A DNA stretch of 63,845 nucleotides, filler included, from Octopus bimaculoides (Eukaryota): the NCBI RefSeq assembly GCF_001194135.2. It is 9 parts of 9 records of this genome, joined end to end, with 100 filler letters (N's around TTAATTAATTAA, not from the genome) between each part and the next. Parts side by side here need not be neighbours in the genome. Positions count along the whole stretch, not along the records: positions 21,471 to 31,005 come from NC_069004.1; positions 31,106 to 34,758 come from NC_068996.1; positions 34,859 to 52,370 come from NC_068983.1; 6 more parts are not named here. One strand, written 5' to 3'. Shown here one piece after another: positions 25,161-37,574 of this stretch. The notes under the pieces are model-generated. The model was not told the origin of the DNA and did not search any database. It worked only from the letters and a program-made list of their open reading frames with translations. How positions within the stretch are numbered: the first letter of the stretch is position 1; each line of letters opens with the position of its first letter. The position numbers and the translations under genes were made by a program.

Positions 25161-25972
25161 TGTCATTACCAGAAGCGGTGGACATCGATGTTTCGCCATT
25201 TTTGTGGCTTATCAACATCACGTGCCCGAACGGAATCGGAAATGAAGCGTATCGCCTGTCCACGGCTTATATGGACGGTTACGTCCCTTTAGGCCAAATC
25301 GCTAATTTTGTTTATCCGATAAACAGAGATCGATAAATTAAGCACCAAGATTATGGTGTTGATATGATCGACTAAAGAACTCGAAGACATTGCCCCAGCG
25401 TGGTCGCAGTCTGTTCGCGAAACCTCGAAGACAGAAGTATATAACTATCTCTCCCCACCTCTTCTCTCTCTCTCTGTCTCTCTCTGCCTTTGCTTGCCTC
25501 TCTCTTTTCCACACTCTCTTTCAGTGTTTCCCACACACCCCTCTCCCTCCCCCTTTCTCTTTCTCTCTTCCCTTTCCCACTCTCTCCCCCCTCCTCCACT
25601 CTCTTCCATCCTTTCTCTCATTCGCTGTGCTTCTCTCTCTCTCTCTCTCTCTGTCATTCCCATCTGTCTGTGTCTCTTTTTCCTTCTCTTCCGCCCTCTC
25701 TCTCTCCCTCATTCTTTCTCTCTCCCTTCCTCTATCTCTCTGTTTCTCTCCCTTCCTTTCTCTCTCTCTCTCTCTGTCTGCCACTCTCTCTCTCTCTCTC
25801 TCTCTTTCCTCCCCCTCTCTCTTTCAAATAGAGCAGAGCAAAAACAAAATTTAATCCAATTTACTAACAATTTTCGATAATTGTCTACGATTACCTCGTT
25901 CCCGGACGCTTTATCTTTCATATGTCCTCTCACTATTCCCCCTCACATTCCTGCACATCCTTTCTGTCCTTG

Positions 25973-25974
<2 letters not shown>

Positions 25975-26052
<78 letters not shown>
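25975..26052. repeat. (CT)n microsatellite within a CT-rich tract (about 25450-26060)
   Basis: Direct inspection. Confidence 0.95.
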
Positions 26053-26057
<5 letters not shown>

Positions 26058-26384
26058 CTCATTATATCTCATCTCTTATTTCTGCCACTGTAGTGTGCAC
26101 ACAGCCTTGAACATAGAAATACAGAAATATAGAATCCCAGTTGGCAGGGATCTCTGATATATCGAATTCCTGCTCCCCCTTTTGGACACAAACGGAAAAC
26201 CCTTAATTAAGAATTTCCCCTTTTTAAAAAAATAAAACGTGGTAGATTTTTCTTCTATACTGTTCCATATAAACACACCTCGCACAACATACATACGTGT
26301 GTGAGAGTAACCCTTACATAAATTATATTTAATGTTGATTGCTAAAAATACCTTATAAACAGATCCAAAAGGAGCCTAGATTTC

Positions 26385-26800
26385 ATACTAGGCTCGGGCC
26401 TCTTACAGGTCAAAATGAGGCTAATATTTCACATCTGGCTTGGACCTGTTGCTAATTGAAATGCTTCCTACATTTCACTTTTGGTTTGCCTCTACTACTT
26501 GTTTGAAGTGGAGCCTACATTTCAAATTTGGGTTGAGCCTGTATTTTACATCTGGCTTCGGCTTGTCACCAGTTGAAATGGAACCTATATTGTATATTTG
26601 GTTTGGGTCTGTTACCAGTTGAACTGATGCTTACATTTCATTTTTGGTTTGGTTCTGATACCAGTTTGAAGGGGAGCCTGCATTTCAAATCTGGGCTGAG
26701 CCTGTCACCAGTTGAAATGGGATTTAAATTTTACATCTGTGCTTGTCACCAGTTGAAATGGAACCTACATTTGGCATCTGGCTTCGGCCTATTACCAGCA
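26385..26800. repeat. Degenerate minisatellite, ~46-bp unit, about 9 copies
   Basis: The anchor ccag(t/c) recurs at 26569, 26615, 26661, 26708, 26749 and 26795; unit is roughly catctggcttcggcctgtcaccagttgaaatggaacctacatttc. Confidence 0.8.
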
Positions 26801-28269
26801 TTTGTACGAGCCTGCTCAAACACAAGTTCCTATTTCTCTTATCTTTCTGTCCTTCTCGCCTCTCCCTCTCTCTCTCTCTCTCTCAGTCTCTCACAACGTG
26901 TGTGTGCGTGTGTGACGTTGACTCTACTCGAATACTGCGGTAACGCTACACGTGTATGTAGAATTTTCAGGCAGTTACATATTTCGGTCAATAAATCCTC
27001 ATTGACAAACGACTGGCATCCAACACACACACACACACACACATGTATCCTCATAAACCAATACATTCTCTGTCAGACACATCCGTACAAGAAATACACG
27101 CACACAAATGCATTATTAACACGCACGGACGGGTGCGCACACATCCACACACACTCTAGCATACACACACACACACACTAACACCTTCATAAGCGCACAT
27201 ATGAATACATACTGACGCACACAAATACACAGACACACACACACACGCACATAGTCTTTTGCATATGCATACGCACACATACATTTTCTCACGCATTCTT
27301 TCACTCTACACTCAACCTCTTTCTCTTCCTCCTCTCCTCCTCTTTCGCTCTCTCTCTCTCTCTCTCTCTTTTCTTCTCTCTCCAAACACACTTTTTCTCT
27401 TTTCTCCTACACACACACACACACACATACACATACACTTACACTTACGCGCATATACACACATGCTCATACACACACATCCAGATAAAGGATTCCGTAA
27501 ATATGGACACACACACACACACACACTCCATATATTTCTCAGCCTTTCTAGTCTTTCACTCTCTCTCTTCCCCTTCCATTTTCCTCACCCTACAACTCTC
27601 ACAGGTTACTCCCTTCGTCTCCTCCCCTTCAACTCCCTCCCTCTCTCCTTTGTCCCATCATCTTTCTTTTCTCTCTGTCTATCTGCTTGTCTCTCTCTCT
27701 CTCTCTCTCTCTCTCCCCCTCCATGTTTATTTTAATTATCTCATTGTTCACCCTTTATATTGTGTCAAGGATCACAAGAGATCAACTGACGGTTACTATT
27801 TATAGCAAAGGGAAAGAGAAGGGAAAAGGGCAGGTTTGCGTGTGTGCATATTGTACATACATACACACATACATACATACATACATACATACATACATAC
27901 ATACATGCATACACGCATTACACGTATATACTATGTATATGTATACATATANNNNNNNNNNNNNNNNNNNNNNNNNNNNNNNNNNNNNNNNNNNNNNNNN
28001 NNNNNNNNNNNNNNNNNNNNNNNNNNNNNNNNNNNNNNNNNNNNNNNNNNNNNNNNNNNNNNNNNNNNNNNNNNNNNNNNNNNNNNNNNNNNNNNNNNNN
28101 NNNNNNNNNNNNNNNNNNNNNNNNNNNNNNNNNNNNNNNNNNNNNNNNNNNNNNNNNNNNNNNNNNNNNNNNNNNNNNNNNNNNNNNNNNNNNNNNNNNN
28201 NNNNNNNNNNNNNNNNCGCAAATATATCCATTTATAGTTGTATAAATGTATGCATCTGATTTGCAAAGT

Positions 28270-29145
28270 GCATTCCAGAAGTTTTGGAACTTCTCAGAAG
28301 CAGTTAAAACTATCCTAGATTATTGTTATTTTAACATTACATTGCTATACATCTAATAAGCCACCTTTTATTTTATTTATTCTAATAAGCCACCTTTTAT
28401 TTTATTTATTCTAATAAGCCACCTTTTATTTTCCAGATTGAAGGAGACGGCTGTAACTGCACTTTGAACAAACCGTACAAAACACTGCTTGTCACGGTTG
28501 ACAAGATTGCAAAATGCTGTCAGGACGTGACGACAATCTGGAAGCTAGCTATGCAATAAACGTTCGTGTTAAACTGGTCAAAAATGCTACAGAAACTTAT
28601 GTAATGCTCCAGACTGGTCATGGATTAAATTGTATGAGCCGAGCATCTGATTTTCACTGGCACAAGGGGCCAGGAAAAGTAAGTCCACCAGGGGGCTCAC
28701 TATGATCTCCTTTGTCGATTGTAAAGTCATCATCTAACGTCCACTGGACTCCTTCTGGTCAGATTGTCAACAAAGAGTACTTTGTGGAGGTCTTGAGGGA
28801 ATCCAGGAAGCGATTTCGTAGCAAGAGGGCAGAAAACCCTCACCAGGACAATGCACCAGTTCACAATTCCATCCTGGTAATCTGCGACTTGACAGGGATG
28901 GGCATCAGTTGACCGTCGCCTTCCACACAGTCCATACCTTGATTATTTCCCATGGTGAAGGAAAAGATGAAGGTGGCTGTAACATGGGTCTTGGACGCCT
29001 TCGCTTTGGAGGACTTCCAGTGGGGGGGGGGTCGCGAAATGGTTGGAGTGCTAAAACAAGGGCACAGAAGTCAGAAAATCCTACATTGAAGGAGATTAGA
29101 ATTTTGTCCTTCTTTAAAATTAAATGCCTCTCCTGGAAGTATTCA
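28270..29145 (+). mobile_element. Internally deleted, decayed mariner transposon
   Basis: N-terminal HTH EASYAINVRVKLVKNATETYVMLQTG..MSRASDFHWHK is joined directly to the catalytic segment HWTPSGQIVNKEYFVEVLRESRKRFRSKR..HQDNAPVHNSILV, then C-terminal EKMKVAVTWVLDAFALEDF. Confidence 0.85.
28352..28432. repeat. 29-bp tandem repeat x2.8 (tctaataagccaccttttattttatttat)
   Basis: Copies start at 28352, 28381 and 28410. Confidence 0.9.
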
Positions 29146-29789
29146 NNNNNNNNNNNNNNNNNNNNNNNNNNNNNNNNNNNNNNNNNNNNNNNNNNNNNNN
29201 NNNNNNNNNNNNNNNNNNNNNNNNNNNNNNNNNNNNNNNNNNNNNNNNNNNNNNNNNNNNNNNNNNNNNNNNNNNNNNNNNNNNNNNNNNNNNNNNNNNN
29301 NNNNNNNNNNNNNNNNNNNNNNNNNNNNNNNNNNNNNNNNNNNNNNNNNNNNNNNNNNNNNNNNNNNNNNNNNNNNNNNNNNNNNNNNNNNNNNNNNNNN
29401 NNNNNNNNNNNNNNNNNNNNNNNNNNNNNNNNNNNNNNNNNNNNNNNNNNNNNNNNNNNNNNNNNNNNNNNNNNNNNNNNNNNNNNNNNNNNNNNNNNNN
29501 NNNNNNNNNNNNNNNNNNNNNNNNNNNNNNNNNNNNNNNNNNNNNNNNNNNTGTGTGTGTGTGTGTGTGTGTGTGTGTTTCGCTTAGGGATTACAAAACC
29601 AATAATCAGATTGTCTCTAAACCTTTCAAACGAAGCCACCACACACATTCTTACGCCAAAGCCACCAGTACGACGAAAACTACCTTGCCTTAAAGGAAGA
29701 TGACGGAACAACATTCACGATAGACTCGGCTGACAAAAGGATTCGTCCCATACGCGACAGCAGCCGTTCGACATAGGGACATAGGTAGG

Positions 29790-29870
<81 letters not shown>
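29790..29870. repeat. (GATA)n microsatellite
   Basis: Direct inspection; similar tracts near 31290, 34680, 34900 and 55800. Confidence 0.95.
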
Positions 29871-29871
<1 letters not shown>

Positions 29872-30018
29872 TTATATACGCACGTATACACATACACACA
29901 AGTATGCCAGCATTATAAGCTTACTAAGACCTTATTATTTAATGTCATTCGAAGCGTTTTCCAAATGTCAACTTAATAGTCACGTCTTTGTGATGCTGTG
30001 TTTCCGGTGTCATTTAAA

Positions 30019-30030
30019 CGGAAGTGACGT
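30019..30030. promoter_or_regulatory. Overlapping ETS/CRE motif CGGAAGTGACGT, possible promoter
   Basis: Matches the known ETS-CRE composite. A second ETS-like TTCCGG lies at 30002, and a CpG-rich unique block with minus-strand donor sites lies at 29570-29785. Confidence 0.35.
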
Positions 30031-30224
30031 GGCTTCGATTGTTTTGACCGCTACCTCAGCAAGTGTGAGAAATTTTTTACGTTATATTGAACGAATAAGC
30101 ACAAAGATTTAACTCGAAAAATCTACGTATTCATGCATATGTACATACAAACATCTAGGAATCGTTAATGCCATTCAAAATCAATGAATGTCCACGGTTT
30201 CACTTTGTTACAAATGTATATATC

Positions 30225-30413
30225 TGGGGCACTGCCTTGAGCAAATCGACACAAGTCTTTTTTTTCTTTTTGTAAACCTGGTAATTAATCTATCGGATTA
30301 TTTTGCCAAACCGCTTGGTTACACGGACGTAAATGCACCAACACCGATTGCCAAGCTGTGGTGCGGGACGAACGCGGGCACAAAGACACACACACAAATA
30401 CACATACAAACAT

Positions 30414-30420
<7 letters not shown>
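30225..30420 (-). mobile_element. SINE family B, 3' part
   Basis: ggggcactgccttgagcaaatcgac...ccaaaccgct..gttacacggacgtaaatgcaccaacaccgattgccaag. Confidence 0.75.
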
Positions 30421-30446
<26 letters not shown>

Positions 30447-31005
30447 TATNNNNNNNNNNNNNNNNNNNNNNNNNNNNNNNNNNNNNNNNNNNNNNNNNNN
30501 NNNNNNNNNNNNNNNNNNNNNNNNNNNNNNNNNNNNNNNNNNNNNNNNNTCACTAGACAAAACTTCCCTCTCTACTCTCGCCTTCCTCTTCAAGTGATAT
30601 TTGAAGAAGTTGATATATATATATATGAATATATGTATGTATGCACGTATATATGTGAGATAATAGTTTCACTTTTAATAGTTTCAGTATTAATAATAAA
30701 AGTATTTAAACTGAAAGTATTATCTCATATTACAATAGTGATGTTATTATTTCACTTTTGACACGTAATACTGAAATAGTGTAAGAGATAAGAGATTGCA
30801 CCGGGCTCGCATTAGGCTAGAAGTTGAACAATTTAATTTTTTTTTGGCCCCTGACACTACATGGACCCCAAGTAAGGTATGTATATAATTTGAATGAAAT
30901 CGGTTTGTTAGTTCTCGAGTTTTAGTGATGCACACATACAGACACACACAGAGGCAGACAGACAGACACACATATACACATTCTCAAGTGTATATATATA
31001 TATAT

Positions 31006-31105
31006 NNNNNNNNNNNNNNNNNNNNNNNNNNNNNNNNNNNNNNNNNNNNTTAATTAATTAANNNNNNNNNNNNNNNNNNNNNNNNNNNNNNNNNNNNNNN
31101 NNNNN
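31006..31105. other. Artificial scaffold-joining spacer
   Basis: 44 N + TTAATTAATTAA (31050-31061) + 44 N. Confidence 0.97.
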
Positions 31106-31275
31106 ACATACAGAAGGGCCGAGAGGGGGCATCCTTGACGAACCGAACGCATGATGCCGAAAGGTCTGGATAGATGACCGTTTACGCGAACTACCGAGCG
31201 GATACCTCTGTATAAGGCAGCGATCCAACCACGGAAGACGGGACCGAAACCAGCCGCTATGAGGACGGCTTCCAA
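31106..31275 (-). mobile_element. L1/Tx1-type reverse transcriptase fragment
   Basis: Open frame EAVLIAAGFGPVFRGWIAALYRGIRSVVRVNGHLSRPFGIMRSVRQGCPLSALLY containing the RT motif VRQGCPLS. Confidence 0.88.
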
Positions 31276-31296
31276 GTAGTGATGGTCTACCCTATC

Positions 31297-31354
<58 letters not shown>

Positions 31355-31849
31355 GTGATTTGAATTTAAATTACACAAATAATCATTCTTCAGAACTTCG
31401 TGTGTATTTCTATAAATCTGGACGAAACTGCAAAGACTCGTATTATAGTCCTCGTATCATTGGTCAAATTCCACAATTGGGTTTCTTATCGAAAACAAAA
31501 CAGAATTTGTTTTTGTTTCTTTATTTCTTATTTTATATATTTAATTTTTTTTATATAAAATATAAAATATTTCGTTACACCACCTCACGCGTGTTTCATT
31601 AACAAAGAATCACTATCAGTTACATTATGTATATCATAAATTCTACTTGCATTGCTTGTTTAAATCCAATTTGTTGATGCAAATGGATTATTTATACTGT
31701 ATAACTGACGATTATATTTTGTTTAGAAAATGCCCGTATGATAGTGCAAATAAATATTTTCGTACTTCATAACAAACTCTCCCGCTTTCTTTTGCTTACA
31801 CACACACACACATACACACACATACATGCATATAAATATAAATATATGC

Positions 31850-31904
<55 letters not shown>

Positions 31905-31909
31905 TGTAA

Positions 31910-32060
31910 CCTCGTGGGCATCGGTACCATTTTCCTCTTTCTCCGTTCTTCCATTCTCCGAACTTTCCATCTTTCCGACGAAGGGCTACGCCCGAAACGT
32001 CATGCACTCTCTCTTTCCTTTCCTGAGCGTCCAATAATACTATCCATATCACGTCCTCAC
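31910..32060 (+). mobile_element. Penelope-like pseudo-LTR fragment with a hammerhead-like motif
   Basis: CT-rich 3' UTR followed by CCGACGAAGGGCTACGCCCGAAACGTC, the same architecture as 52100-52170. Confidence 0.55.
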
Positions 32061-32101
32061 TTTGTTGTTTTTTTGTTTTTTTTGTTATTGTTTTTTTGAA
32101 C

Positions 32102-32132
<31 letters not shown>

Positions 32133-32651
32133 GCACACGGATGCACACACGTATATGTACATGTAAATACATATTACGTTTCCGCTTTCTTTTTTGGCTG
32201 GCAGATTACTCTCGGCTTACCCTAAATTCGGTAATCCCGGCTGACATATCTTTAACTATTTATATACAAACCCAGTTCCAACATATGTGTGTGTGTATGA
32301 ATATGTGAGTGTGTGAGTGTATTTATATGATATATATGTATATATATACAAACAAATAAATAATTAGATAAGTAAATTCGTGAAAGAAACATCTGTGTGT
32401 ATGTACCTGAGGTGTGTTTGTATATAAAGTACTTATATTCTTAACAACCATGCATGCGTTCTGATATATTTGCACTTTATGTTATTGTATTCTAAGAAAT
32501 TTACCATATATACGTGATGATCTAGTTGGCCGAAACTTCTAAGTCAGTGTCAAAAATATTCTCGTTTAAGTGTAATAAATTTATACTCTACAAAATTAGA
32601 GAGCAACCCATCAGATTGATGTAAAATTGCTTTTTTAATTATAACTAATCA

Positions 32652-32855
32652 TAAAGCGGTGAGCTGACAGAACATTTAGCCGGCCGGACTAAATGCTTAG
32701 CGGTATTTCGTTCGTCTTTACGATCTGAGTTCAAATTCCGCCGAAGGCGACTTTGCCTTACATCCTTTTGAAATCGATAAAATAAGTACCAGTTGAGTAC
32801 TGAGGTCAATATAATCGAAATTTCGAGCCTTGTGCCTACAGTAGAAAGGATTATA
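32652..32855 (+). mobile_element. SINE family C
   Basis: aaagcggtgagctgacagaa...gagttcaaattccgcc...catccttttgaaatcgataaaataagtaccag. Confidence 0.88.
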
Positions 32856-33024
32856 ACTAAGCATAAAATACACACACACACACACACACACACATACATA
32901 TGGAAATAGTTAGATAGATAAACATTTTATCATTGTATCAACCCGCCTACGGCATGTTATTATGCATCAATAGTAGTAATGCTCTTTTCCACATTGTTTT
33001 AGCTTCCGAATAATGCCTCCCCGA

Positions 33025-33228
33025 TAGCAAGGTGAACAGGTTATCATTCCTCCTGGACAGGACACCAGTCTGTCGGAGAGTTACCCATTTACAAATGAAT
33101 GAACTGCAGCGAAGTGGAAGGAAGTGTTTTGTTCAAGAACACAACGCATCGCTAGTCTGGGGGTCAAAACTACGATCTTGCGATTCTTTAGTGCAACATG
33201 CAAACTACTAGGCCATGCGATTTCACTG
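33025..33228 (-). mobile_element. tRNA-derived SINE, family F (CORE-like)
   Basis: Minus strand: cgcatggcctagtagttt...gcaagatcgtagttttgacccccagact..gttgtgttcttgaacaaaacactt. Confidence 0.6.
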
Positions 33229-33232
33229 CATG

Positions 33233-33277
<45 letters not shown>

Positions 33278-33417
33278 GTGTGCGTGCGTGCGTGCGTGAA
33301 ATCATTTTCTTATCTCCTCATATTCATTTGGATCCTTATATTTGCATATGTGTATAGCTGTATTTTAAACTTTGCTATTTCGATGGGTCATTTTAGTTTC
33401 TTTTTCCCCAACCCCAT

Positions 33418-34090
33418 TTAAGGCAGCGAGCTCGCAGAATCGTTAGCGCGTCGGACAAAATGCTTGGTAGCATATCCGGCTGTTTACGTGCTAAGCCAAA
33501 ATCACATCGTTTTGAGGACGATAAAATAAGTACTAGATTAGCACTGGGGTCAATGTATCCGATTGAATCCGTACATCGATTCCCCTGAAATTGCTGGACT
33601 CGTGCCAAAAATTATCTTCCAATTTGATTTTCAATATTTATTTACCTAAGGTGGCGAGCTGGCAGAATTGTTAGCACACCGGGCGGAATGCTTAGCGATA
33701 TTTCGTCTATCTTTACGTTCGGAGTTCAAATTCTGCCGAGATCGACTTTGCCTTTCATCGTTTCGGGGTCGATAAATTAAGTACCAGTTGCGTACTGGGT
33801 TCAATCAAATCGGCTCGCCCTATCTCCCCAAAATTCCGGGCCTTGTATCGAGATTAGAAAAGAATATTTATTTACCTTAAAGCAGTGAGCTGGCAGAATC
33901 GTTGACACGTCGGACAAAATTCTTAGTGGCATTTTGTCAGACTTTTGCTTCTGAGATCTAATGCTACCGGTGCCAACTTTGCTTTTCGTCCTTTCGAGAT
34001 TCATAAGTACCAGTTGAACACAGGAATCGATTTAATCAACTGATCCCTTCTCTCGAAATTATTGACCTTTTGTCAAAATTTGAAATCAAT
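33418..34090 (+). mobile_element. Head-to-tail array of three family C SINE units
   Basis: Heads at about 33418, 33648 and 33878, separated by similar aatatttatttacct linkers. Confidence 0.85.
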
Positions 34091-34677
34091 ATCTATTTAT
34101 CTGTTCTTCATCTTTATCTGTTTTTATATTTTTGATACGTTTGTGCTTTTATATGTATTTTCTTGACCTATGCATAATCTTTTGTTAGCTTATTTCATCT
34201 ATATATCAGTCTATCAATCTATTTATCAATATATATAACAATTTACTAATCCGTTAATTAATCTGAACATCAATCTAATAATCTATTTATCGATCTAAAT
34301 ATCAATCTACCAATCCATCTACTTATCTTACTAGCTAGGTCTTTTCGCATAAATTATGCAAATGACCTAGACCATAACTGTTTTCAACTCTTTTGTATAG
34401 GTCTAAGTCATTTGGCTACTGGAGATAAGGTCAGAAAATGGATGTGCAGATGAAGGCCATTGAGCCAGAAACTAGTATCCATGACTCTTTTGTTATCTCC
34501 AGACAATAAGCCTGTCCTTTTCTTTAACGTAATGTCAGTTTTGGAGAAATTCCTGAATCATGAGACTATCCCAACTTTACAGGTGGAGCTGGTTTAAATT
34601 GCCACATGTGCGTACATACATAAATGCATATATATGTATATGCGCTTGTGCGTGTACAGTGAGATAGATCGGTCGAG

Positions 34678-34758
<81 letters not shown>

Positions 34759-34858
34759 NNNNNNNNNNNNNNNNNNNNNNNNNNNNNNNNNNNNNNNNNN
34801 NNTTAATTAATTAANNNNNNNNNNNNNNNNNNNNNNNNNNNNNNNNNNNNNNNNNNNN
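34759..34858. other. Artificial scaffold-joining spacer
   Basis: 44 N + TTAATTAATTAA (34803-34814) + 44 N. Confidence 0.97.
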
Positions 34859-34901
34859 ACACTTACCCAAGTTGTTACACAGTGACAGACAGACAGATAG
34901 G

Positions 34902-34983
<82 letters not shown>

Positions 34984-35699
34984 GATAGAAAGATAGATAG
35001 ATAGATTGATTGATACATACATACATATGATTATGATGATATATATATATATATAGATATATATTTATAGAGATGAATATACACACACATATATTTCTGT
35101 GTATTTATGTCTTGATACAGAGCTTTTCTTGAAGCCAAGGTCAGAGTGAAGAGTGAAAAGTGAGCAGTAGATGGAAAAGTTGTGATGGTTGAGGAAGGAG
35201 TTTATTGCTTATCAAAGATCAAAGAAAGCTCAATCCCTCATGATGGCTGGCAGATTTTTGTCGAGATGATCACACCCATCAATCTGTTGAATTAATGATT
35301 TATTGATTTATTATAGTTACTGTCTTCTCTAATTTTCATATATGTGGTATGTTCAAACAATAATTCTGCTATGTTAGTTTGGACATAAATCAAGTAAACA
35401 CACATATAATGTATACATGCAAATATGTATGTATATATATACATATATATATGCATGTGTATGTATATATATATATATATATNNNNNNNNNNNNNNNNNN
35501 NNNNNNNNNNNNNNNNNNNNNNNNNNNNNNNNNNNNNNNNNNNNNNNNNNNNNNNNNNNNNNNNNNNNNNNNNNNNNNNNNNNNNNNNNNNNNNNNNNNN
35601 NNNNNNNNNNNNNNNNNNNNNNNNNNNNNNNNNNNNNNNNNNNNNNNNNNNNNNNNNNNNNNNNNNNNNNNNNNNNNNNNNNNNNNNNNNNNTATATAT

Positions 35700-36571
35700 A
35701 TGCAGGTGAATATATTGTCGTCTAAATTACATAAAAATGAAAATAACACTAACATCTCATTTTAATAGATATATTTACCAAAATTACATTAAAATATCTT
35801 GAAATACTAAAAAGTAAATTTATTCTATAAAATCGTCATTGGTTTCAACCACGGCCTCCAGACGACTTCAGAATCTCCTGCAACTCTGCTGAATGGTCTT
35901 GTATAAGTTGGTGAATGATGTCATAATCCTTGCCTTCAGTTCATCTTTGGTGTTACTAGGAGTTTTGATAGTTTCTTGCTCAACTGGACCCCACACATAA
36001 TAATGAAGGGGGTTGCAGTCTGGGGAGTTAAGTGGCAAGATTTTAGGTGTGATGTGGTTGCAGAAACTGTCTGACAGCCATGATTGCGTTCTCCTGTATG
36101 TGTGGCATGGTGCAGACTCCTGTTGCCTGACATAGAGTCTTCCAGAAGCCACTCTCTTGATCTAGGGCAGCACTACTTCTTCCAGGCCATAGATGTAGGT
36201 CTCCATGTTGAATCTGAGGTAACATGGGAAGAAGAATGGAGGCATAATGTTGTTAACATTAGTGATCACTCCAAACACTATGATGTTGATTGCATGTTTG
36301 ATTTTTATCACACTTGATACATGCACTGTCCTCAGATTGACACCCAAACACTGAAATGTTCATATTGGAGCTTCCGACATGAATGCCAAGCTGTACAACA
36401 TTTTGTTTCCAAATTTCTGGCAGAGTGAATTGCATCATGGTGCTGTTTTTCTCACAGACATTGCCCAATTGACCCTACTACACTGAGTAGTTGACAAAAT
36501 CAAAAACAAACAATGCACATGCGCGAACTTAAAAGTATAAAATGGTGACAATTTACCTATCACACCCTGTA
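35700..36571 (-). mobile_element. maT (DD37D) transposon, internally deleted, catalytic residues decayed
   Basis: QQE-SAPCH...SPDCNPL-H-YYVWG has exactly 37 residues between the 2nd and 3rd catalytic positions. The N-terminal piece joins directly to KIKHAINIIVFGVIT. The terminus reads TA-CAGGGTG at 36571. Confidence 0.88.
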
Positions 36572-36810
36572 TATACTAATCATACATAGCCACACCCCTT
36601 ACAAATAGACGCCTTGCAAATATTAATTTGACATAGCCAGTGTGTTGTTAGCCATGTGGGAGAGATGTCTTCCAGGGGCTAAAAACAGCAATAACATCGT
36701 CCAATAATGTGCTGCCACATTAGTTGGCAAATATATTTTATGATTCTGTACTGTTACTGTTCATCTCGCGCTCAGAGATTTAATTTAGCTATACATATAT
36801 ATGCCTTGAC

Positions 36811-36856
<46 letters not shown>

Positions 36857-37574
36857 NNNNNNNNNNNNNNNNNNNNNNNNNNNNNNNNNNNNNNNNNNNN
36901 NNNNNNNNNNNNNNNNNNNNNNNNNNNNNNNNNNNNNNNNNNNNNNNNNNNNNNNNNNNNNNNNNNNNNNNNNNNNNNNNNNNNNNNNNNNNNNNNNNNN
37001 NNNNNNNNNNNNNNNNNNNNNNNNNNNNNNNNNNNNNNNNNNNNNNNNNNNNNNNNNNNNNNNNNNNNNNNNNNNNNNNNNNNNNNNNNNNNNNNNNNNN
37101 NNNNNNNNNNNNNNNNNNNNNNNNNNNNNNNNNNNNNNNNNNNNNNNNNNNNNNNNNNNNNNNNNNNNNNNNNNNNNNNNNNNNNNNNNNNNNNNNNNNN
37201 NNNNNNNNNNNNNNNNNNNNNNNNNNNNNNNNNNNNNNNNNNNNNNNNNNNNNNNNNNNNNNNNNNNNNNNNNNNNNNNNNNNNNNNNNNNNNNNNNNNN
37301 NNNNNNNNNNNNNNNNNNNNNNNNNNNNNNNNNNNNNNNNNNNNNNNNNNNNNNNNNNNNNNNNNNNNNNNNNNNNNNNNNNNNNNNNNNNNNNNNNNNN
37401 NNNNNNNNNNNNNNNNNNNNNNNNNNNNNNNNNNNNNNNNNNNNNNNNNNNNNNNNNNNNNNNNNNNNNNNNNNNNNNNNNNNNNNNNNNNNNNNNNNNN
37501 NNNNNNNNNNNNNNNNNNNNNNNNNNNNNNNNNNNNNNNNNNNNNNNNNNNNNNNNNNNNNNNNNNNNNNTATA

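Noticed and set aside
28352-28432. 29-bp repeats as a possible CRISPR array
   Set aside because: The units are directly adjacent with no spacers, there are no cas genes, and the context is eukaryotic.
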